From NCBI GenBank assembly GCA_017654855.1, contig CM030332.1:3596001-3660000 (forward strand): a stretch of 64,000 nucleotides of DNA. The letters run 5' to 3'. Position 1 is the stretch's first letter. Each line of letters starts with the position of its first letter. The notes beneath the pieces were generated by a model, which saw only the letters and a program-made list of their open reading frames with translations, had not been told where the DNA came from and did not search any database. A program made the position numbers and the translations under genes. This document shows, in pieces, positions 37,181 through 47,062 of the stretch. This DNA is from Podospora anserina. Its lineage: Eukaryota.

Positions 37181-38477
37181 ATGTCCCAAATACTCCTCGA
37201 CCTCCTCCACCCCCTCCTCACCTCTTGCCTCCCCTGCCTCCCGGGAACCCCCACTCTCAAGATCAACTCCCGCTCCCTCAAGATCCTCCGCCTCCTCGGC
37301 GAAGGCGGCTTCTCCTACGTCTACCTGGTCCAGTCCCTCTCCTCCCCCAACCACGAGCTCTACGCCCTCAAGAAAATCCGCTGCCCCTTCGGCGCCGAAT
37401 CCGTCGCCCAAGCCATGAAGGAGGTCGAGGCCTACAAGATATTCGGCTCAACCCCCGGCATCATCCACAGCGTCGATTACTCCATCGCCACCGAGCGCGG
37501 CGGCGGGGAGGAGAGCAAGACGGTTTATGTCTTGCTGCCGTATTACAAGCGGGGGAATCTGCAGGACATGATTAATGCTAATTTGGTGAATCATTCCAAG
37601 TTTCCTGAACGGAAGCTGATGGGGTTGTTTTTGGGGGTCTGTAGGGCGCTGAGGGGGATGCATGTTTACCAGGGCGGTGGCGGGGCAGGGGGGCAAGAAG
37701 AGATGGTTGTGCCGGGGAGGAAACTAGGGGGCAAGAATACGGTGAACGGGGGGGCGGATGTGGACGATGAGCAGGAGCAGGGGAGGAGTTTGCTGACGGA
37801 GGATGAGAGGGTCACGCAGGCCAGGGAGACGGGGGGGAAGAGGAGGAGTTATGCTCATAGGGATATCAAGCCCGGTTGGTGTCCCTGGATCTGTGTTCTT
37901 TCGAACAAACATGGAAAACTGACGGAAAACAACAGGAAACATCATGATCTCCGACTCGGGGGATGAACCGATCCTCATGGACCTCGGTTCGGTGGCTGAA
38001 TCCCCTCTCCCAATCACCTCCCGCTCGTTGGCTATTGCAACGCAGGATACTGCTGCGGAGCATAGCACCATGCCTTACCGGGCTCCGGAACTGTTTGATG
38101 TCAAGACGGGGACGGTGGTTGACACAAAGGTTGATATTTGGAGCATGGGGTGCACGCTGTATGCGTGTTTGGTGGGGAAATCGCCGTTTGAGATGAGGTC
38201 GGATGAGACGGGGGGGTCGCTGAGTATTTGTGTGCTGAGTGGGGATTGGAGGTTTCCGGATGAGGGGCCGGGGGCGAAGAAGAATAAGGGGAAGGGGCCG
38301 GTTTCTCCTGGGGGCGCAACGGCGGCGGCTGCGACAGAAGAGGAGGGGATTAGTGAGCCGATACGGGAGGTGGTGAGGAGGTGTTTGAGGGTTGAGCCGA
38401 GTGAGAGGCCGGACATTGATGAGCTGATTGAGATGGTGGAGCGGGTTTTGGAGGTGCTGCCTGAGGATGCTGCTTAG
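37181..38477 (+). CDS. ENV7: NAK-family Ser/Thr kinase Env7/STK16; join(37181..37874,37936..38477), 411 aa
   Basis: N-terminal Cys pair (SCLPCLP), GEGGFSYVYLV, YALKKIRC, HRDIKPGNIM, LMDLGS, STMPYRAPELF. One 61-nt intron. Confidence 0.92.
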
Positions 38478-38840
38478 GCGGGGTGAAGATGGGTGATATA
38501 TAATGGGGTTTTTTTTTTTTTGGGTTTTTTGGGGTTTTGGGGTTTTTTTTTCAAATTTTTATTTTATTTTAAATTTTTTGGATGTTGATATTGGGGTGGC
38601 TCATGCCTGGCGTTTTGGGTGTTGAGCGGGCATCTTTCTGCAAGATGATATCTTGCTCTGGGAGGAATGATTTGACAGATAAAATTTGAACTGCAGTGAT
38701 TTTTGATTTTGATTGGATATTCTACGCCAGGAAACTCTTGAAATCTTTGAAATCTACTATGAACACCACATACCCCAAATATCATCCACCACCCCCCGTC
38801 CGTCTATTCAACCCTCTATATCTTTTCCATCCAAACAACT

Positions 38841-40107
38841 CTAAGCAGTAGGAACCCCGGCCTCTTGCTTCACAGCCCTGGCCCTCTCATTCGCCTCGTC
38901 CGCCCTAGAGATACACTCCTCCAACACCCTCCAAAAAACCCCCAAGTCCAACCCCCTAGGTATCCTCACCCCTTCCTCGCCTGGGGGTAGCAATCTCGCG
39001 GTGACCTGGCCCGTCCTCGCACCAGCTTTGGCATCTTCGTAGCTCCCCTCTGTGACGACACTTACCTCGTACCTCTCCCCCTTTCCGTCCATGCCCACCC
39101 CCACAGAGGGGTCATGTTCATAAAATGGGATTTTATGCCCCCCTTTTTCGTCCAGCCCAGATAGTACCGCCGCAACAGCCAAGGGGTCGTGCAGCGGCGG
39201 GCCTTCGGTTATGCCAAAGACGTCGGCGTAGGTTTTCGCAAAAAACAAGAGCAGCTCGACGAGCATCTGCCTCAATTCCGTCTTGCCCCTCCCGGGCACC
39301 ATCCCCTCTTTGCGTCCCTCGGGTCCGTACAAGATCAGTTCCTGAACCTGGGCGGTGGTGAGACACAGGTGCGTGACATCCAACGGGATCAACGTCGTCT
39401 TCTTGGACAGCTCCCCATGCGTCAGCAGGAACGCCGCCGCCTCAGGGTCGGCAAGGATGTTGAACTCCGCAAACTGAGTCCAGTTCCCCACCCTCGGCAC
39501 TCCATCAACGGTCCCCAAGACCGCGGCCGTGAACCCGTTTCCTATCGCGCCTCCCATCAACGACAGCCCGGCAACGTGCTGGATGAGTTCAGGGTACTTC
39601 ATAAACAATGCCGCCGCGTTGGTAAAACTCCCCGTGGCCACCACCCAAGCTGTCCCCCGGGGGGTGGATTTGAGAGCTTCGTATGCCGCGTCGATGGCCG
39701 GGATGGTAGCCACGGGAGGGACAGCCGGTGGGGGGAGGAGCTTTGTCCCGTCGAGGCCGGTTTCGCCGTGGATGTCCGTCGGTGGGTGCATGGGTGGCCG
39801 GAAGAGGGCTTTGGAGGCGCCGATGTAGACGGGTATGGAGGCTGACTGGGAGATTGCCGTCAGGATGGACGTGGCGTTGTGGGTTGTTTTTTCTAAAGAG
39901 GCGTTGCCGAAGACGGTTGATACCCCCAGGATGCGGATGGCGGGGTGGTAGGCTGCGAGGAGGATGGCGAAGGTGTCCTGGGGCGGAGGGGAGGGGGGGC
40001 AGGCATGTTAGATATTATCATCTAGGGGATGTAAACATGAGGAGAGGGAGACTTACATCGTGTCCTGGATCACAGTCCAGCCAGACGGGGATGCGGGTGT
40101 CGCTCAT
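38841..40107 (-). CDS. URH1: Inosine/uridine-preferring nucleoside hydrolase; complement(join(38841..39977,40057..40107)), 395 aa
   Basis: Spliced N-terminus VWLDCDPGHDDTFAILLA (DxDxxxDD), plus VSTVFGN, IHGETGLDG, AEFNILADPEAA and PPLHDPLAV. One 79-nt intron. Confidence 0.92.
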
Positions 40108-40747
40108 CTCGAATGTTGGGTGAGTGAGTGAAGTCTAGTTACCCCTCACTTTGAGATTTATCAAGTATTGAAAAGATGATGAAAGTTGAAAGCGTCGCAA
40201 ACAAATCGCAGTATCTTACAGCCAAAAAGGAAATGAATGAGAGGCTCTCTGTTACAGGGTGTCAGAACCAACCAGCAAAGTGAGATGAGTAAGAGCCGTT
40301 CTTATAGGTATTCCTCCTAGTATGGTCGGCTGAGGCGGTGTTGACAGGTCAGGGGTCCACCAACTCAACGGCGTTGAGCTTAGATGGGCTTGGTTGATCG
40401 CCCAATTAGGAAGCTTGCATCAAAACAACCAGGTTTCCATATCTTCAAGGACAAGGACCAGTCCTGTTACAAATCGAAAAAGAGGTTTGGGAATATAGCA
40501 TAGAGAAGAGTGGCAAAAACCACTTGTACAAAGAGAAAACATCTCCGGAAAACACCTCTCTATTCCCAGAGCTCAAAACTCCACGGCAATGATAACACTT
40601 ATAAAACTCCCCATCAACCCAATCCATCCATCCATCCATCCATCCATCTACCAGTCCCATCCCCCACCCCATACCTTCTCATACCATCTCATCCATCTGA
40701 TGAAGCCCTCGAGACAGAAAAACCTTTATAACAATAAACCCCCCTTC

Positions 40748-40815
40748 CCCCTCGTGCAATAGTAATAACAGATCTTTTACACCCCTCGTGCAATAGTAAT
40801 AACAGATCTTGTACA
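40748..40815. repeat. 34-bp tandem duplication, 2 copies, 1 mismatch
   Basis: CCCCTCGTGCAATAGTAATAACAGATCTT(T/G)TACA twice, 18 nt past the stop codon of the CLIP-170-like gene. Confidence 0.92.
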
Positions 40816-40833
40816 CATCAACAAACCAACCCA

Positions 40834-43573
40834 TCAAAACTGCTCATCAGGACAACTAATACTGTCATGTCCGGTCCTCTCACAAAGCGCGCACCACATC
40901 GGCTCATCCACCACACCCCCCTCCATGCTAGCCGCCGGCTCCTCCGACCCCAAAACCGTCTCTTTGTTGACCCTAATCGGCTTCTCCATCGCCGACACCG
41001 CACTAGTAGGCTGCTGCTGCTCCTCATCAGCAGTAGCAGTGACAGCAGCAGTAACAGCACTGCTCTTGGCAGCCTTGACCGGGCTCAACGGCGCAGGAAG
41101 CTTCACATCCTCAGTCATGGCCCCACCACCAGACACACCCTCCCCCCCATCAGGCGTCTTGCTGCTGTCCCTCGTCTGATGATGCGACTGTTGATCAGGA
41201 AAGACGTTGGTACACGTCAAAATGTCATGCCCGGCCGTCTCGCAGATTTCGCACCAGAGGGTACTATCCCCCGTGGCCGTGCTATAAGAGTCGCTTTCGG
41301 GCATCGTGTCCAGCGTGTTCCCTCTGCTGTGCTTACCGACACCACCAGCAGGCTTATGCTCCGGGCTTCGGGGAGCCAGCACAACAGTCCCGCGAGAGTC
41401 CCGGTAAGAATTCCTGTCGTTTCCACTGCCAGCAGTCATGGTGGCCGCACTCCCGCGATGCCCTGCCGCTCCCGAGTTCACCGCGCTCCTCCTCAACGTC
41501 TCCAGCTCCCTCTCCAGCGTCTCCTCCCTCGTGCTCTTGCTCTCCACCAAGGCCCTGAGCTCGGCAACCTCCCTCTCCAATTTCTCCCTGCTCAACCGAT
41601 CATCAATCGACTCCCCTTGGTGTGATCTAACAGATCCAGACCGCTGAGCAGCACCCGCACCCGCACCCACCACCCCATTCTCCCCGCCGTTCGGAACAGC
41701 ATCCCTGCTCAACGAATGAATAATCGCCTTGAGCCCCCTAATCTCATCTTCCTTCTGTTCCAACTCCTTGCTCGTCGCCCCTCCACCCCCCCGCGCCAAC
41801 CCATTCGTAGCAAACTGCGCCTTCTCCCTCTCCCTCCTCAGCTCCGACCTCGTCCTCTCCACCTCGCCCCTCAAAAACTCAACCTCCCCCCTCGCCTCCG
41901 CCTCCCCCCTCCTCGCATCCTCCAACCCTTCCTCCAGCTCTTGCACCAGCTCCTCCAACTGCTTCAGCTGGTTAGCCACAGTATCCACGTCCGCCGTCCT
42001 GTCCTGCAGCTCCTGAATCTCCTGCATCAGCTCCTCAATCTTCTTCTCATACACCCTCTCCGTCTCGGTGCTCGCCATCTCCAGCGTGTCAATAGTGCTC
42101 CGAAAGTCGGCTCGATGAGCGTCAAACTCGGCCGTCAACATGGCAATCTTTTCATTCTTTTCTCTCAGCACCGCCCGTAGCGCATTGGCATCCTTGTCGT
42201 CCAGACTGTTTCGCCGTCCGGCTTGCATCTGCCCTTCGGAACCCTCAATCAACCCCTGCAGCTCCGTCAAGCTGCTCTCCATCTCCATCAGCGTGGCCGC
42301 CTGTTCCTTAAGCTGCCGCTCCCGATCCTCCAGCTCGGCCTTGAGACGCTCCACCTCCTCATTGTTGACGGCGTGACTCCCGATTCTAGACGCAGCCCGT
42401 GAGGCTGGCCTCACCCTGAGGCTGAAGCCAGACCCAGCGCTCCCATTAGTCTGCGTCCTCTGAACGTCAACCGGTCCCGCATCCTCCTCACTCAAGTGAT
42501 GGGCCTGATACGACGAAGACGACACCCCAAGCACAGAAACACTTCGCGGTCCGACGCTACCTTTCCGCTGATGAGCAGGAAGTCGCTTGCTCGGGTCACC
42601 CGCCGTGCCGCGAACACTCTGGGCAAACTTGTTCGGCGTCGGGCTGCCGTATCGTGGGGGAGCGGGTGCCCCGATCGAGGGTCTCGGCGCCGGCGTCATC
42701 TGCAGCCTTCTCACAGGCGACTCCGGACGCGGCAGCGACGGGCGCGTAGGCTTCTTGCCGACAGGGCTCGTGGCACGGCCTGGGCCAACGGACTGGCTGA
42801 ATTTCGGCACACCAGGAGTCGGTGGCGTAAAGTTTGTCGAGTATTGAGTTCCGACCTTCAGACCTCCGCCGCTGGCCGGGGTGAGAGGATACGAATTCGT
42901 CGGCATGATGGGTGGTGGTTCTCGTTTGACGGCTTTGGAAATGGGAAGAAAGATGCCCATGTTTGGATCCTTGGTTCTGAAATAGAAAACACTGCGAGAA
43001 GGGGTTATCCCAGTTAGAAAACGGCATGATTCCAAGGTTCGCATGCACATGATCCGATGTTTGTCCAACTTACCTGTCGACATCACCGCTGTTCTTGCCG
43101 CGGCCTGCAAAGTCGGGATGCAGCTCGACACCAACAAAAGTGCCCTTGCGACCTGTGACGGGACCGATGAAGCGGATGGTGCCCGTCATGTTGCCCGGCA
43201 CATCGATGACATCGCCCACCTGGACATCCTCTCCGCCGGCGGCACCCCCAAGGCGGCCGGGGGTAAGCGGGGACGGCATGATGTTGGTGTTTTCGCTGGC
43301 CAGAACCTGGTTGTAGGCGTAGGCTTCACTATCATCCGGAATGCTGGCCAGCGAGTTCTGCGTCAGGGCGGCAACGGAGCCTTTGCGCGAGAGCAACTGG
43401 GGCACGGGCGGGCCGGGGCGCGTCGCCGTGGTCGAGTGTGCGTTGTAGATCTGGTTGAGGTTGGGAGTCGAAATGGACGAGAGACCGCCGCGACCGTTAT
43501 TTCTCCTAGACAAGGTGTGGCGGGTGGTGGTGTTGTATGTTGAAGAAGTTGTGCTGGTGATGGTGGTGGCCAT
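40834..43573 (-). CDS. BIK1: CLIP-170/Bik1/Tip1-like microtubule plus-end protein; complement(join(40834..42991,43074..43573)), about 885 aa
   Basis: CAP-Gly domain (GTIRFIGPV..FVGVEL..GKNSGDVDSVFYF), long coiled coil, two CCHC zinc knuckles (WCEICETAGHDILTC, WCALCERTGHDSISC) and an EEY/F-like end (DEQF). One 82-nt intron. Confidence 0.88.
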
Positions 43574-45685
43574 GTTCGGCAACCCAATTGGAGGCGGCGG
43601 CAGCACCCTGGCGGCCAACCCCAGCAGCGAATGGCTTTATTGTTTACACGACAACCCCCCACCTTTCACCCAACCAAAGCCCTGGGGAAACACTCTTCCC
43701 GCCCGGGGGGTCGGAGCGCGAATGCCGACCGCTAGCAGCTGGACCTCCCCTGAACACAACAAAGGAGAGCCGCCGAATTGGGTGGCTTTCCGTCAATCTT
43801 TGTTTTTCTCTTGTTCCGTCTAATAAATCAACAGAAGTCAAGAGAATGTCGTCGCTGTTTCTGGGCTGGTGGAATTGCCTTTCCTTTTTGTCGATCTGTT
43901 CTCCTCTCCTCTCCCAAGCTCGGGCTGTGATGCTTCTTTTGGCCAGTCGTCCCTTTAATGAATGCAACCACAAGAACTTGGAGGCTGATAATTTGCTGGG
44001 AAAGTCGTTGTAGTAATCGGGGGATGTAATTGATGAGGGCCAAATAATTCGTAATTGGTTGATTGGGGCGACTATTGGCTCTGTAGAGAAATGAAAAGGT
44101 AACCACAGCAAAATGACGATGGGCAGGGTGAGTTGATTTGCGGGTGGAGGTTTGTCAGGTGTCTGGTGACAGCACCAAAAAAAAAAAAAAAAAAGCGAAC
44201 GTCAAGAAGGAGTCGTCGGCACCGGTCATCGGGGAACGGGGGGATCAATGCCGGGGAGGGGAGCAAGTTCAACAAATATAGGATCCTGGGAAGGAGCATC
44301 CAGGGAGCAAGTATCGTGAAGAGAAGGCTTCTTTTGAGCCCCCTTTGTATTCACTACAATATGACCTGCAGGTACACACAGCCTGCTGTTGGTCAATGAC
44401 AGCATGAAGCAAACGGCAGCCAGTCGGACTGCAAGAAAGCTCCCATAGCTGCCAGAGAGCTGCAAGAGAGTGGCTCGAAAGTGGACTCGCGACCTCAATC
44501 TCAAGCCGCTGCAGCTTCTAATTGGCGTTGCTGTGTCCCCTCCCCCGCGCCTCGCGAGATTGGGAAAAGAAAACAAGGCCAGATTCAAGGCCTCACCATG
44601 GCCACGTAGCAGTTCGTGAGATTCTCCCTGTTACAGAATGTCGTCACTGCCTCGCATGGCAACCACCCAGTGGGAACTAGGTGGTCGAGTGTAGGCGGCT
44701 TCAATGGCACTAGAAGTTACTGGTACCTTAACTTAAGTAAGGGGTGATCTACAGAGCATAGCTGCCGTCTACTGAATTTAACAGACATGGATAGAGCTTC
44801 AATCCCAACACCACAACTGACAAACAACAATTCCTCCTTGCTGCCACCTTCCGTTCCCCGCACTCAATTCCTTTGTTTACTTTTCTATCTTTAACTCCCC
44901 CCTCAGCTGCAGTGGTCGGCTGTCTCCCCAGTGGCTGTTGAACCAATGCAACGTTGAAACGCAGGGGGTTTGTGCTGCATTTCCACGTGTGAGCCCCTGG
45001 CTGCCATGCATGTAAGAAACCGAACAGCCACCATGGAGAATATCGCTTCTACAAAGTTGGGTTTTGATTGTTTTCTTTCCAACGCTGTGCTGCTGTCAAG
45101 CTCAGTCCTCCCTTATAGCCAGGGCTGTATAACACCATGTTCCTTATCCAGGGAATATCTTTCTGGATAACCCGGATAATTCATCTTATTCGGCTGTCAC
45201 CTATTGAACCGTTTGCCGCAATCGCTGGCTATTGCTCGGGATATTTCATGAGGGTATACCTCATTGATACGCACTGAGTCTTGATAAACATCTCGTCTTC
45301 GAGCTTGAACTGCGCCTCAGTTCCAAGTTGCACCATCAACTTGAGTGCAGTGTTTGTGCAATCCCGAGCATCTGGTACGCATAACGCTCTTACCGTCCTC
45401 GTACTACAGAAGGCGCGCATCATTTCTGGAAACCTAATCCAGCGCCTTTCGTAGCTGCCCATCCCGTCCCTTTGCCGCAGTGTGGTACACAGAATACCGG
45501 GATGACCCTCGTGGTCACCACCTCGAACTGCTGCCTTCCCCGCAGACTTGATCCCATCCGGGATTATGGTTTAGGATTCGGCTGCATTCAGGTATATTGT
45601 TGAGCCGAGCCGTGTTAGCCCGTCCTGCATCGAACGGCTTGGTAACTTCGACTGCCAGTAAAAGATTTCAAGGATCATGACCGGC

Positions 45686-46753
45686 TCACGGAGGCGATGT
45701 CGGGTCCCGCTGGATGATATCATCACTCGTGATCGGATGGCTCCCATCATTCAGCACCATTGCCTCCCTGTGCCTCTGGTTCCGGTCGCGCTGTTCTTCA
45801 CTCCCTGGCGTGGTTTGGAACGAACGCAACAACACCCTAGTAGGATGGTTCACGTCCAAACTGTTAACATCGAGAGTTTCCGGAAACAAAACGCTTAATC
45901 GCTCCACCAAGTGCGTGTCGTCATCGTCTGCTTCGCTCTCTTCCGTGTCGGGATACGGAAAGAGACCGCACTTCTGCAGTGCCACTCGGCCAGCTGGGCT
46001 CTGCCGAATGCAGCTGATGATTTCGGCAAGCCTGTTGGTCTTGCTGCGCAGGTAGGCCGCAAGATTCTGATGCCGCTCCTCCTCGGTGGTTCCCCAGTTT
46101 TGCTTGGACAGCCACTTCTCGACAAATTTGGCCTTGATGAGTTTCTCGCAGTCAAAGGTGCCTACCAGCTGGCTGATGAACATGAGGCAGAGCTTGTCTG
46201 TCATGTCACGGAGAGGATACTCGTCCCAGTCGTCATTGTTGAGCACCTCCTGGTCAGGGTCAAGAGATAGCTCCAGGCACCGGACGAGAGCTGCGTAGGC
46301 CTTCCATGTGTGAAGTTTATCCAAGGAGTCTTGAGGAATTATTAGTCTATCAATTGTGCCACCGTGATTGATCATCGACTCACGCGGATCGGTAATCACT
46401 GCCAAAGCTCGGAGATTCTTCAGGCGCTCGTCGTAGTTGGGACGGGTGATGCCCCAGAGGAGCTGTTCGAGGGTGTCCTTGTCGTTGACGGCTCTGTCAC
46501 ATACGATCTTGACAGCCGTCTCACGAATGGCGTGGTTGTAGTGACCGAGCAACGTATCCAGGGTGGTCAGTTTCAGGGCGTCCTCGGTGTCCTGGGTGAT
46601 GTACTGCGGCTTGGGTTGTGGTGGTTTTGTTTCGCACTCTGAGCGCCATTGATCAAGCGCAAGCAGCACTGTCCCGACGAGAGCAACACCGTGTATGATC
46701 AAGGCCCCTTTGATGGCCTTATCGGTGGTCATAAGGGAGGAGAGCCATTCCAT
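45686..46753 (-). CDS. Hypothetical protein with N-terminal TM segment and helical body; complement(join(45686..46329,46384..46753)), about 337 aa
   Basis: Long ORF with a hydrophobic segment (ALIIHGVALVGTVLLAL) and an in-frame 54-nt GTGAGT..CTAAT..AAG intron. ATG 46753 lies in a GCCATCATGG context and is preferred over 47014. Confidence 0.75.
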   Translation of the reverse strand: MEWLSSLMTTDKAIKGALIIHGVALVGTVLLALDQWRSECETKPPQPKPQYITQDTEDALKLTTLDTLLGHYNHAIRETAVKIVCDRAVNDKDTLEQLLWGITRPNYDERLKNLRALAVITDPRESMINHGGTIDRLIIPQDSLDKLHTWKAYAALVRCLELSLDPDQEVLNNDDWDEYPLRDMTDKLCLMFISQLVGTFDCEKLIKAKFVEKWLSKQNWGTTEEERHQNLAAYLRSKTNRLAEIISCIRQSPAGRVALQKCGLFPYPDTEESEADDDDTHLVERLSVLFPETLDVNSLDVNHPTRVLLRSFQTTPGSEEQRDRNQRHREAMVLNDGSHPITSDDIIQRDPTSPP

Positions 46754-47062
46754 GATGGCGGCGGTGGTTAGTGTCGTCTCTGATGTTGAGGCTGCATGTC
46801 GTCGCCCGGCTGTAATGCATCTCCACAGTGGAGAGCGGGTTGGTGTTCTGGAGAAGCTTGAGCTGAGAGCTTCCAAAACAGAAAGCTTTCCCTGATCCTG
46901 CCGCTGCAGACCGCCAAAATTTACAAACGGTGGGGCACTCTGATAAGATAGCGCTGCGACCATCCATCCTCTACCAAAAATTCTGAATTGGAGATACAAC
47001 GACTGTTCGGCCATCGAAAACCCGGCAATTGCGTCGCGACTCCCAACAAAAACGACGCGATC

